From Candidatus Saccharimonadota bacterium (GTDB taxonomy: Bacteria > Patescibacteriota > Saccharimonadia > Saccharimonadales > OFTM59): a stretch of DNA of 64,000 nt. The DNA is taken from the NCBI GenBank assembly GCA_029260855.1, contig JAJDCK010000001.1, positions 1,705 to 65,704 of the forward strand, given 5' to 3'. The position numbers and the translations under genes are program-made. Shown piece after piece: positions 1 through 9,441 of the stretch (its first letter is position 1; every line of letters begins with the position of its first letter). The notes beneath the pieces were generated by a model. The model saw only the letters and a program-made list of their open reading frames with translations. It did not search any database and was not told where the DNA came from.

Positions 1-377
1 TCGTAGAAGAAAAAGATTTCGCTTTGGTGTGGCACTATCGAAATGTATCACCGGATCTAGCCTTTGTGCGCAAGGAAGAGCTAAAGATGGATCTTCAAGG
101 CCAACTTAGCGACAGCGAAATAGGTGTATTTGAAGGTAACAAGATTATTGAGATTAAACCAAAAAATATGCACAAAGGCGCGATTGTCGCTGAACTATTA
201 TCACAAGATAAGTGGGATTTCATAATGGCTATCGGAGACGATTATACCGACGAAGATATGTTCCGCGCCTTGCCAGAGCGGTCATATAGCATTCGTGTCG
301 GAGGAGGCGATACCGCGGCTCGGTATCAACTAGATAGTGTTGATGAGGTGATAAATTTGCTGGCAAATCTTAAGTAG
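1..377 (+). CDS. otsB: trehalose-phosphatase (HAD-IIB), C-terminal part; 5' end lies outside the window
   Basis: The frame is open from nt 3 (VEEKDFALVWHYRNV...). The HAD motif AIGDDYTDEDMF is typical of trehalose-6-phosphate phosphatases. Confidence 0.7.
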   Translation, partial: VEEKDFALVWHYRNVSPDLAFVRKEELKMDLQGQLSDSEIGVFEGNKIIEIKPKNMHKGAIVAELLSQDKWDFIMAIGDDYTDEDMFRALPERSYSIRVGGGDTAARYQLDSVDEVINLLANLK

Positions 378-422
378 GTTAGGATTATATACGCAAACCT
401 AAGAGAACATTTAGGAGGTGTC

Positions 423-815
423 ATGCTCAAAGACTCGAAAGCGTTCAGCGGTTTTTCAATTATGAATATTACAGAATCTAAGAAGTTCTATGTAGAAACA
501 TTGGGGCTTGATGTCTCAGAAGACTGGATGGGACTAGTCCTCAAAATCCCAGACAGCAACAACGTGTTCTTGTACCAAAAGGACGACCATACACCTGCAA
601 CATTTACAGTTCTTAACTTCCCCGTGGACGACATAGACAATGCGGTTAATGAATTGGTTAGTAGAGGGGTCGTTTTTGAACATTATGACGACCTGGGAAA
701 CGGTGCAAAAACAGACGGAACAGGCGTGCTGCGCGGTAGATCGGCGAATATGGGGCCAGATATTGCCTGGTTTAAAGACCCTTCCGGCAATATACTTTCC
801 GTATTACAGAGCTAA
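423..815 (+). CDS. VOC/glyoxalase-bleomycin resistance family protein
   Basis: 130 aa with the size and pattern of a single VOC domain. An AGGAGG RBS lies upstream of the ATG. Confidence 0.6.
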   Translation: MLKDSKAFSGFSIMNITESKKFYVETLGLDVSEDWMGLVLKIPDSNNVFLYQKDDHTPATFTVLNFPVDDIDNAVNELVSRGVVFEHYDDLGNGAKTDGTGVLRGRSANMGPDIAWFKDPSGNILSVLQS

Positions 816-906
816 TAGGTGTGCGGGTCTTCGTTGATTAGTATCTCACTGCCTACAGATCAGCTATAATGACATTCAACGTAAGTAAAATTGATCAAAG
901 GCTTTT

Positions 907-2568
907 ATGATATTGTCAGCAAATATTCGGGAGAAATCATTTGGCAGCAACCTGCTGTATAGTGGTGTAGATCTTGAGATTCAAAATGGTGAAAAGGTCG
1001 GCCTGATAGGTCGGAACGGTACGGGCAAGTCAACGTTATTCAATATCTTAAACGGCAAAGATAAAGACTATCAAGGCGAGGTCCAGATTAAGCGCGGGGC
1101 GATCGTTATTAGCAGCCGACAAGAACACCACGGCCACGAAGATAAGACTGTTCTAGAATATATTCAGGGCGACCTGCCAGACTATAAGCGCTTAACACAC
1201 ATTATAGACACTTATCCGGATTCAATGGGCAGCAACCAGACAAAGATCCAGACATTCAGCGATGCTCTGGTCAGATTTAATGAGCTCGGTTACTATCAGT
1301 TAGAGGATGAGATCAAGCAAGCCTTTGCTGTCTATCAGATTGACCCGTCCAATATGCATCGGGTTCTTGGGTCGCTTAGTGGCGGCCAAAAGCGCATGGT
1401 AGAACTTATCAAGGTGCAGCGCAGCCGAGGACATATTGCGCTAATCGATGAGCCCACAAACCACATGGATTACGTTGCAAAGCAGGCTTTTATCAAATGG
1501 CTACGCGCAGCAGATGAGGCTGTTTTGGTTATTACACATGACCGAGACGTGCTTAATAATGTCGACCGCATAATAGAAATACGCGACGGAAAAAGCTATG
1601 CCTTCCGCGGCAACTACGATACATACCTCCGAACCAATAAGGGCCAAATAACAGCCGAGGTAATAACGTATGATCTGACACAAAAACGGCTAGTCACACT
1701 CGCAGAAGACGTTGTGCGTTTCCGGCGCATGAAGGAAAAAGCTAGAACACCCGGAACCATCCGTAGGTTTAAGTCACAAGAGCAAAAAGCCAAAGATGAG
1801 CTAAATTTATTAAGTGCTCTTGAAAAACCGTCCTTTTGGATAGATCAAGAGTCGGCTAGTGGCATGACCCACAAAATGACCAGTACCTACGATAAATATA
1901 AGGCCACTAATATTAAAGTGCGCACACGCACGAAGGAAGCTACAGATAATAGCAACGCATTACTAAAAATTGACAAGTTGAGTTTAGGATATAACGGCAA
2001 AGCACTGTTTGAAAACGTAAGTTTCTCACTACGAACCGGCGAAAGACAAAGGCTTCATGGCCGCAATGGAGCCGGCAAAACTACGTTTGTTTCTGCGATC
2101 ATGGCAGAGGCACAAGGAGCCAACCCTACATCAGAACGTTTGTTCGGGAGTATTCAGATTGACAAGGGGCTTCGTATTGGACATTATGAGCAAGAAATTG
2201 ATTCTAAATACTTGAAGCTGACATTAAACGAGGCCCTTGAAAATGTTTTGCGCGACAAGGGGCTACCGATTAGTTCACAGCATATCAAGCAGCTTTTGAG
2301 TGATTACTTGTTTAACCCGTCTGTTGATGGAGATATGCCTGTAAGCCGTCTCAGTGGCGGTCAAAAAGCGCGCCTACAAATAATTTCTATGCTTGTTGAT
2401 GATCCTCAAATACTCATATTAGACGAGCCCACGAACCATTTAGACCTACCCAGCATTGAAGAGCTTGAAAACGCACTCATCCAATATCATGGAGCAATTA
2501 TCTACATTTCGCATGATAGTTTTCTGGCCACTAAACTTGGTGGTAAAACAGTTCTAATTGGGGAGTAG
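907..2568 (+). CDS. ABC-F family ATPase (two ABC domains, no TM domain)
   Basis: Two Walker A motifs (GRNGTGKST, GRNGAGKTT), two LSGGQ signatures and two Walker B motifs (LIDEPTNHMD, ILDEPTNHLD), with a charged inter-domain linker. Confidence 0.85.
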   Translation: MILSANIREKSFGSNLLYSGVDLEIQNGEKVGLIGRNGTGKSTLFNILNGKDKDYQGEVQIKRGAIVISSRQEHHGHEDKTVLEYIQGDLPDYKRLTHIIDTYPDSMGSNQTKIQTFSDALVRFNELGYYQLEDEIKQAFAVYQIDPSNMHRVLGSLSGGQKRMVELIKVQRSRGHIALIDEPTNHMDYVAKQAFIKWLRAADEAVLVITHDRDVLNNVDRIIEIRDGKSYAFRGNYDTYLRTNKGQITAEVITYDLTQKRLVTLAEDVVRFRRMKEKARTPGTIRRFKSQEQKAKDELNLLSALEKPSFWIDQESASGMTHKMTSTYDKYKATNIKVRTRTKEATDNSNALLKIDKLSLGYNGKALFENVSFSLRTGERQRLHGRNGAGKTTFVSAIMAEAQGANPTSERLFGSIQIDKGLRIGHYEQEIDSKYLKLTLNEALENVLRDKGLPISSQHIKQLLSDYLFNPSVDGDMPVSRLSGGQKARLQIISMLVDDPQILILDEPTNHLDLPSIEELENALIQYHGAIIYISHDSFLATKLGGKTVLIGE

Positions 2569-2687
2569 CTCACGGCGCCACGTTTTTCTATGCGGTAAGA
2601 GAAGCGCAAACAATAATTATGATGATTGCGGCTGTATATGTTTTGTGTGACTAAAATTTAAGATATAACACGAGGCAGACCAAGAAT

Positions 2688-3587
2688 TCAAAGAATTGTG
2701 CATAGTGCCCCTGGTAAGTTAGTAATCACGACTTCCGTGCTACCTTTAAGCCCGACTATTTCTCCATCAAGTTGCAGCAATGTATCTTCGCAGACATCAA
2801 AAGCATATGAGGAAGCACGTGTTGATTTCGGGGGTTTGGCCTGCGCCATTTGAATAAGCTGCTTAATCCTGTGTGACGGTGACCTAAACCCAATCATCTG
2901 TACTTCAAACAAGCCGTCATCCATACTTGACTCATCGGACAGCGTCAACCACCTTGCCATTTTTGGAGTGTTTGAAAAAATTAGACTATCAATTTTTTTA
3001 TATCTGCCGCGCCGTTTGATTTTGACCGGCTTAAACTTTGCGATAGATTTCGCTGCTATAATCTTATCGTTAAAGTTATTTACATCCGTAGAGTTTAGCT
3101 CCTTGCCGATGTACGGAGATAACCCTAGGCCTATATAAGAGTGAGCATATCTTTCCGTTCGCTGACCATTTTCGTTAGTGTACTGCGCCCCGAGTAAGTC
3201 TACCTGGCGAGTCCGGTTGTGCTGTATATTCGCAATCAGGGTTGATTCATTGCCTTTTAAGCTGCGAAAATGGTCGTTGGCATGACCAGCAGGTAGCACT
3301 CCGCAGATTGGCATTATTTTTGTTCGCGCCCGTACTTTCATAGCCCCATTGATTAGCTCGTTATAACCCCCGTCTCCGCTCGCAGCCAGAAGGACCACGT
3401 TCTCGCCACCGTGTTTTTCCGCCAGCTCTATAGCATGAAGCGCGTATTCGGTCGGGATGACCCGCACCGTTAAGCTTGGCATGGTTTTTTTTAACTGCTT
3501 CTCCAGCTTTAAAGACATTTTTCTACCAGGGCCGGTACTCACCGGGTTGTAGACTATTACTACCTCTTGTATTGCTTGATTACTCAT
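2688..3587 (-). CDS. diacylglycerol/lipid kinase family protein (YegS/BmrU-like)
   Basis: DAGK catalytic-domain pattern: VIVYNPVSTGPG ... LLAASGDGGYNELING. Confidence 0.7.
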   Translation of the reverse strand: MSNQAIQEVVIVYNPVSTGPGRKMSLKLEKQLKKTMPSLTVRVIPTEYALHAIELAEKHGGENVVLLAASGDGGYNELINGAMKVRARTKIMPICGVLPAGHANDHFRSLKGNESTLIANIQHNRTRQVDLLGAQYTNENGQRTERYAHSYIGLGLSPYIGKELNSTDVNNFNDKIIAAKSIAKFKPVKIKRRGRYKKIDSLIFSNTPKMARWLTLSDESSMDDGLFEVQMIGFRSPSHRIKQLIQMAQAKPPKSTRASSYAFDVCEDTLLQLDGEIVGLKGSTEVVITNLPGALCTIL

Positions 3588-3701
3588 AGCGCTGACACTA
3601 CATTATATGGGATTGCGCCATTAAGCGACACATTTTAACAATAAGCCGATTTCGACTGCGTGATTGAACAGACAATATTTAAAGACAGGCACTAAAAAAT
3701 T

Positions 3702-4712
3702 TTATACAGGGGTCTTCTTTTTGGATGACTGCGCATTAACTTCGTAACTAGTGTTGATAGATTCAAAGAAGTTAACAAGCTCAAGCGTATCATTAGCTGT
3801 AGCCATCCATTTAGCTGGGTTACTGACTTTGTACTCAGCCTCAAAGCCAAGCTCTTCCAGTCTACGATCCGCCAGATATTTAACGTATTGATTTATGTAG
3901 TCAGCGTTCAGCCCCAATATACCATTAGGAAGCAGGTCTTTATTATATTGCTCTTCCATAGCAACACCGTCTAGTATCATTTGTTTGATTTCTTGTGCAA
4001 ACTCTTCGGTTTGCAAGTCCGGGTTTTCTTCCAGCACGGTCAGTATTAGGTTGATCCCGAACTTGAGGTGGAGGGACTCATCCCTTACAACCCAACTGAT
4101 TAGTGATCCGAAGTTGCGTAGCAAATTGCGCTGGCGGAAAGACAGAGCAACCATGAAACCGCTATAGAACCAAAGTCCTTCTAGGATAATATTGTAGGCC
4201 ACTAAATTACGGACAAAATCTTTCTTGCCCTCAGTGGTAGTAATATCTATTTGGTTCTCGGTCATGCGTTTGATGAATTTGACCTCAAATTCTTCTTTTT
4301 TGATCATTGAGGGAACTGTTACATGGGCGGCATACGAATCTTCGCGCTCGATAGGAAATGTTTCCAGCACATACTCGAAACTCATGCAATGATTAGCTTC
4401 TTCCCACATCTGTTTGGCCAGGTACATGTGCGCTTCTGGCGCGTTGATGTATGGATAAACACCAAAGGCCAGAGCCTTATTGACTAACAGCTCATTTGGA
4501 TTAAAATAGCTCATTAAAAATTTTAGAGCGTGTTTCTCTTCGTCGCTGAATCTTTTGAAGTCAGCCAGATCTAAGTCAAGCTGAATCTCGTTAGGAAACC
4601 ATGTGTTACGCACCGCTTGCTCGTATAAATCATAGGCCCACTGATAACGGATCGGTTTAAGCAATAAGCCGTCTTGTATACCTGTCCCTAAAATACCCTT
4701 TGGTTGCGCCAT
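3702..4712 (-). CDS. nrdB: ribonucleotide reductase small subunit R2, class Ic-like (Phe at the radical site)
   Basis: Start taken at MAQPKGILG, ATG at 4710-4712, 1 nt after the upstream stop. Ferritin-like ligands are E74, E105-x2-H108, EGLWFYSGF and RDESLHLKFG. It aligns by eye along its length with Chlamydia trachomatis R2. Confidence 0.9.
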   Translation of the reverse strand: MAQPKGILGTGIQDGLLLKPIRYQWAYDLYEQAVRNTWFPNEIQLDLDLADFKRFSDEEKHALKFLMSYFNPNELLVNKALAFGVYPYINAPEAHMYLAKQMWEEANHCMSFEYVLETFPIEREDSYAAHVTVPSMIKKEEFEVKFIKRMTENQIDITTTEGKKDFVRNLVAYNIILEGLWFYSGFMVALSFRQRNLLRNFGSLISWVVRDESLHLKFGINLILTVLEENPDLQTEEFAQEIKQMILDGVAMEEQYNKDLLPNGILGLNADYINQYVKYLADRRLEELGFEAEYKVSNPAKWMATANDTLELVNFFESINTSYEVNAQSSKKKTPV

Positions 4713-4713
4713 C

Positions 4714-4923
4714 TTATTCACACCCTTCGCACTGAAACGCGTCTTGCGGGTCAACAGGCGCATTTATATTCAACCCCTTAATTTTTGCCCGAGCCTTTTG
4801 TTGTTCGGCTGCAATCGCTTGGGCGATCTGATTTAATTTTTCTTCTATATCCTCTTCAGCGTCGTCGATAGCGTCAACTGCATTCATTAATTTTTGTATT
4901 GTTTTGTTTGTGCTAGAAGCCAT
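4714..4923 (-). CDS. small helical protein with a C-terminal CEGC motif, between nrdA and nrdB
   Basis: 69 aa with AGGAG 8 nt upstream of the ATG. Its stop lies 1 nt before the nrdB ATG (TAA G ATG). The C-terminus is ...DAFQCEGCE. Confidence 0.65.
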   Translation of the reverse strand: MASSTNKTIQKLMNAVDAIDDAEEDIEEKLNQIAQAIAAEQQKARAKIKGLNINAPVDPQDAFQCEGCE

Positions 4924-4946
4924 GCTGTTTTCTCCTATTTATTAGT

Positions 4947-7340
4947 TTATGCGCTTGTTCGCTTAGCAAACCCGAAGCCTGCTTTGTTCTTTGAAATACT
5001 GGTAGACTTATTAACCTTAACCGTGCTTTGTTCTGCCGTGTGCCGCGGCTTCATATGCAGGTAATATGTGGTCTTTAGGCCTTTTTCCCACGCCTTGGTA
5101 TAGATATCGACCATATCGTCTATTTCGCGTGTTTCTAGGTACATGTTTCGTGACATGGATTGGTCAATCCACTTTTGGGCTCGTGCAGCTACCTCTATAA
5201 AAGCATATGGCGATAACTGGAACGAGGTCTTGTACACATCCCGGACTTCCTGAGGTATAGCCTCTATCTCCTGAATATCACCTTGAGCACGCAAAATATC
5301 TTCGCGAACTTCTTCCCATATACCTAACTCTTTTAGGTCATTCACAAGGTTAGCGTTCACTTCTAGGAACTTGCCATTTAGAGTGGCTCTGCTGAAAATC
5401 TGTGAAAACTGCGGATCAATTCCTGGTGTTGTGCCAGCAACATGGGCAATATTGGCCGTTGGTGCTATGGCCATCAGCGTTGCGTTGCGCATGCCCTTCT
5501 TGACTTTTTTGCGCAGCTTAGCCCAGTCCATTCTTTGAGTACGGTTTACTTCAATTTTGACTTTTCGATCCTTAGCAGTTGTTTCAAGCGTATCAAACGG
5601 GACCACACCTTGACTCCAGCGTGAACCTTTGTAGTTCGGGTAGCTTCCACGCTCTTCTGCTAGGCTAGCGCTTTCATCAATCGCATGGTAGCTGACAAAC
5701 TCCGCAATGCGATCGCTAAGCTCATAGGCCTGCTCGCTGTCGTACGGGAAACCAAGTCGCTCAGTTACGTCCGTAAAACCCATCACGCCCAGGCCAACGG
5801 CTCTGTTCATTTTGTTGGAATGCATGGCTTCGGGAATTGGGGTGGTTGTTATGTCAATCAGGTTATCTAGCTGGCGAATAGCAGAACGAACGCTAGATTC
5901 TAGGCGCTTCCAGTCAAAATCTTTCTGTTCATCTAGTAGGTGAGCCGACAAGTTAAGGCTAGCCAGGTTACACACCGCAATATTGTTCTCATCTTGCGGT
6001 AAGCATATCTCAGTACAAAGATTAGACATGTGAATAGTACCCGTGTTGTTGTTGAGGGCGCGGTTGTTGGTGGTGTCCTTCCAGGTCAGCCACGGATGCG
6101 AGGTAGTTTGTAGACTCATCAGTATTGATCTGAACTGCTCGCGCGCCTTAATTCTCTTGAATACACGCATCTTTCCGGATTCGGCTAGCTTGACATATTC
6201 GTTGTAACGCTTAGAAAAGGCAGAGCCGTAAAGCTCGTTTAGATCACTGACTTCAGCTGGGTCAAACAAATACCAGTCAGCGTCATTTTTCACTCGTTTC
6301 ATAAACTCGTCCGAAATCCATACGGCAGTATTGGCCGTTCTGGCGCGACGATAGGGGTCGCCAGAGTTTTGTTTAAGGTCAAGATACTGTGGGAAGTCGA
6401 GGTGCCAGTTTTCTAAGTAGAAACAAAGCGCGCCTGCCTTTTTCCCTTTGCGGCTGACAGCTCGCAAAATCGAGTCAACGGTATGCATGTAGGGTATAGG
6501 GCCAGTAGACACCGTATTTGTGCTGCGTACTGGCGAACCCTCCGCGCGAAGCTTGGTCATACTAAGGCCTATACCGCCAGTACCCTTACTCATCCACATG
6601 ACGTCACGGTTGGCTTTTGCGATTGATTCAATATCGTCCTGGACCTCCATCAAGAAACAGTTAGCTAGTTGCGGGAAGTGCGTACCAGCGTTAACGTTAG
6701 TTGAGCCGCCAGGGATATAGTCCAAGCGAGACATGTGCTCATAAAAGTTCAGTGCTGCTTCTGTTGGGTTCTTTTCGTTGAAGCTCAACCCCATCGCAAC
6801 ACGCATACGCGAATACTGAGGCACCTCAATCGTCTCGCCGTCTAGTCTACGCAAAGAGTAGCGATTCCGGCTAGTAATAACCCCAAGGTACTTCATAAGA
6901 TTGTCTCTTGAAGGGTCAATAGCAAGCGCAAGCTTTTTAAGGTCAAAAAGTTTGTCGTTCATGCGCTTGTCAAGTAGCCCCTCACGGACGCCATCCTTGA
7001 TATATTGAATAAATTTGGTCCGGTGAAGTTCTACCAGTTCTTCGTCAGTGTTGAAGTCGCCCAAAACTTGCTTGTAAATAGTTTTGAGCAGCAAGCGTGC
7101 CGCTATCGTGTCATAGTCAGGATCATCTTTGACGTTCTGTAGCGCAGTGTTGATCGCCGCTTGGTCCAGCTGCGTAGTAGTAATACCGTCAAACAATGTC
7201 AGCGACAGCTCAGTCGCAATCTGAACCACCTTAGAAATTTGGTCTGGGAGACCCCTTGACGCGCGCTCCAGCGCACGATTGATTCTGTCGGCGTTGTACG
7301 GCTCTCTCTTACCGTCGACGTGCTGGACAGTGATATCCAT
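4947..7340 (-). CDS. nrdA: ribonucleotide reductase large subunit R1 (class I)
   Basis: N-terminal ATP-cone-like segment (VDGKREPYNADRINRALERA) and active-site SNLCTEI. 797 aa, with no Cys in the last ~40 residues. Confidence 0.92.
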   Translation of the reverse strand: MDITVQHVDGKREPYNADRINRALERASRGLPDQISKVVQIATELSLTLFDGITTTQLDQAAINTALQNVKDDPDYDTIAARLLLKTIYKQVLGDFNTDEELVELHRTKFIQYIKDGVREGLLDKRMNDKLFDLKKLALAIDPSRDNLMKYLGVITSRNRYSLRRLDGETIEVPQYSRMRVAMGLSFNEKNPTEAALNFYEHMSRLDYIPGGSTNVNAGTHFPQLANCFLMEVQDDIESIAKANRDVMWMSKGTGGIGLSMTKLRAEGSPVRSTNTVSTGPIPYMHTVDSILRAVSRKGKKAGALCFYLENWHLDFPQYLDLKQNSGDPYRRARTANTAVWISDEFMKRVKNDADWYLFDPAEVSDLNELYGSAFSKRYNEYVKLAESGKMRVFKRIKAREQFRSILMSLQTTSHPWLTWKDTTNNRALNNNTGTIHMSNLCTEICLPQDENNIAVCNLASLNLSAHLLDEQKDFDWKRLESSVRSAIRQLDNLIDITTTPIPEAMHSNKMNRAVGLGVMGFTDVTERLGFPYDSEQAYELSDRIAEFVSYHAIDESASLAEERGSYPNYKGSRWSQGVVPFDTLETTAKDRKVKIEVNRTQRMDWAKLRKKVKKGMRNATLMAIAPTANIAHVAGTTPGIDPQFSQIFSRATLNGKFLEVNANLVNDLKELGIWEEVREDILRAQGDIQEIEAIPQEVRDVYKTSFQLSPYAFIEVAARAQKWIDQSMSRNMYLETREIDDMVDIYTKAWEKGLKTTYYLHMKPRHTAEQSTVKVNKSTSISKNKAGFGFAKRTSA

Positions 7341-7589
7341 TGTACCCTCCTTATTTTTGTAAGTTTTAATTTTGCCTCAAGCTCGCCCGTTCAGGGTTAG
7401 CTAAAAAGTAAAAGCTCCCACTTTCACATCCAGCTTACACGTGCTGCCCAAAAACGTAAAGACCAAATTTTGGGGCAACTATACCGAACGCAATGGCGTC
7501 TGGCGTCGCAGTTACAGTTTAAAAACTACTGTTTTTAAACATTTTCAGGGGAAAACCTGAAATTCCGGACGCTGGGTGTAGTGCTTAGT

Positions 7590-7645
7590 ACACCATATGT
7601 AGCGCTCGTATTTGAGTATACTACTCTATGGGTAGTTGTTGTCAA
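7590..7645 (-). promoter_or_regulatory. putative nrdA promoter with two imperfect palindromes
   Basis: On the minus strand: TTGACA (7640-7645), then 16-19 nt, then TAGTAT/TATACT (7615-7623). The palindromes are CTACCCATAGAGTAG (7621-7635) and GCGCTACATATGGTGT (7590-7605), with centres ~31 bp apart. Confidence 0.4.
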
Positions 7646-7820
7646 ACAATTTTCGTACTAGAATTTACTACAAGTTTGTTTTAAGGAGTTGGATTTCGTG
7701 TCTCATCTGGTCTGAAACATAAGTGAATACAAGGGGTTGCGAAACAGTCTGATAAATAACTAATAGCCAACTATATTTATAGTAGCTAAGCTGTAGGCGT
7801 TAATCTAATAAGGGGGGGTT

Positions 7821-7982
7821 ATGGCTAAATCAAACCGTGGGTTTGCGAGTATGAACAAGGCTAAGCAGAGAGAAATCGCCAGCATGGGTGGAAGTCGCAG
7901 CCCAAGCAATTTTAAAAACGACAGGGCCAAGGCCAGCCGGGCCGGTAAAAAAGGGGGGCGAAGTAGCAGACAAAGTCGGTAG
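7821..7982 (+). CDS. KGG-repeat general stress protein (YciG/Con-10-like), 53 aa
   Basis: Below the ORF-track size cutoff. Translation is MAKSNRGFASMNKAKQREIASMGGSRSPSNFKNDRAKASRAGKKGGRSSRQSR. A G-rich RBS lies upstream, and the repeat pattern matches KGG stress proteins. Confidence 0.7.
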   Translation: MAKSNRGFASMNKAKQREIASMGGSRSPSNFKNDRAKASRAGKKGGRSSRQSR

Positions 7983-8167
7983 TAATCTTCAGGATATGCC
8001 GGTTACAAGCCTGTGTCGCTCATGACTTGTGCTGAAATTGGGTACAAGGCTATACACTTGGCTTGGCTGTGGTTACCAGGCTTTACGGGATCATACATAG
8101 AAGCCCATGTCAAGCCACGAGAGTGTGTGGTTTGACCAAAGCAGGCATAGTGTGCTTGAATCGGATC

Positions 8168-8725
8168 ATGGCTAAAAAACAGTTAGGGTATTTACGCTCG
8201 TGTGTTGTTAGGGCCACTCGCGTACACTTCGCCTTAGTGTTTGTCTTGGCTTCTTCTATAGTGATATTTGACGGGTGGAACTACATTACTCTTGAGAATG
8301 CGCTAAACCGCTGGATGATTGTTGCGGCTTTATTGGTGGTCAATACAGTCGTCTGGTATGCCTCACGTAACCTTGGAAAAAAATCAGGATACTATAAGGC
8401 TTTGATGCTGGGGCTAATAGTGTCAGATATAGCTGTCGCGGCAATGTTCGTGTATAACGATCGAGGCATCGCTAGCCCCGCTGTTATGTTGTACGCCATC
8501 CCAATAGCCACTTCTGCAGTCCTGTACAGCCGTCGCGCTCTATTTGCCACCGCAGCCCTTTGTACCGCAGCTTACAACCTGACTGTTGTAAGCTACTTTG
8601 TCCTCAATTTTAATGAAGCAATTACTGTTCAACTTTACGGAACAGCTGCTCTGTACAGTGCTGTTTTCTTTGTAATTGCTGCCCTGCTATGGGTAGTAAT
8701 CACTCCATACGAACAAACCGACTAG
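8168..8725 (+). CDS. multi-pass membrane protein, unknown function
   Basis: Start taken at the internal MAKKQLGYL. About 5 hydrophobic helices. Confidence 0.55.
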   Translation: MAKKQLGYLRSCVVRATRVHFALVFVLASSIVIFDGWNYITLENALNRWMIVAALLVVNTVVWYASRNLGKKSGYYKALMLGLIVSDIAVAAMFVYNDRGIASPAVMLYAIPIATSAVLYSRRALFATAALCTAAYNLTVVSYFVLNFNEAITVQLYGTAALYSAVFFVIAALLWVVITPYEQTD

Positions 8726-8743
8726 GACTAAGTGACTCGCCTA

Positions 8744-9358
8744 CTAAATCATCAACTGCTTACGCTTGAAGAATAGTTTTGCCAAAAGCGCAAATATGAG
8801 CACACCAACGTAAAGTAGAGAGAAAGAGGCCGCGAAGACTACCAGGCTATATGTGTTTGTGTCCGCAAATAGCCTTTGCGCCAAAATTGCTACTAAAGGC
8901 GTGAGCACAAAACCCATAAGCATCCCCCATAAGACAATCAGTCCGTACAAAAGAATATGGGCAGAGAACTGAACGAAAACCTCACCCCAGAACCGCCAGC
9001 GGGTGTAATTGCTGGGATGCATGAAATGGGTGTCTACGTTAACGTCGTTTTTTACTTCGGCGTAGACATTATAGACAGACTGCGCCAGACTAAACACAAA
9101 CAAGCCGGTTAGGCTCCAAAATATAAAGACCGCACTTGACGGAACAAAAGTCAGGCCTTCGATAAATTCAAAGAACTTATCTGAATACATACGAAAAACA
9201 TCTTCGCCTGTCTGGGGTACATTACCGGTTTGATTTAGTAGATATGTAGTTATGTATGTGAGATTTGCAACGAACACTATTGCTACGGCGACAAAAAAAT
9301 ATAGCAAAACCTCAAGTTTGCTGGGGACAAGGTAGTCGCTAACTGTGTTCTTTAACAT
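8744..9358 (-). CDS. multi-pass membrane protein, unknown function
   Basis: Start taken at MLKNTVSDYL, because the longer ORF would overlap the sodA 3' end. Several TM helices. Confidence 0.55.
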   Translation of the reverse strand: MLKNTVSDYLVPSKLEVLLYFFVAVAIVFVANLTYITTYLLNQTGNVPQTGEDVFRMYSDKFFEFIEGLTFVPSSAVFIFWSLTGLFVFSLAQSVYNVYAEVKNDVNVDTHFMHPSNYTRWRFWGEVFVQFSAHILLYGLIVLWGMLMGFVLTPLVAILAQRLFADTNTYSLVVFAASFSLLYVGVLIFALLAKLFFKRKQLMI

Positions 9359-9441
9359 ATTTGTATAACGTTTACTGTGTTCATATAATACAGTCTTTGT
9401 CCGTTTTACTGTTAGGGGTTTATATAATTTTGTCGTTGGAC

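Noticed and set aside
640-837. This ORF and the many other 60-130-aa track ORFs that lie antisense to, or out of frame within, long confident genes (for example 1501..1683, 3985..4167, 5442..5870, 16944..17610, 24828..26174, 33032..34819, 55423..56733)
   Set aside because: These are shadow ORFs inside well-supported genes. They have low-complexity or Ser/Arg/Leu-rich translations, no RBS and no recognisable motifs.
7341-7600. Possible cobalamin riboswitch in the nrdA leader
   Set aside because: No B12-box-like GCCACTG element is present. The operon is class I (class Ic-like) and the hairpins are simple AT-rich stems.
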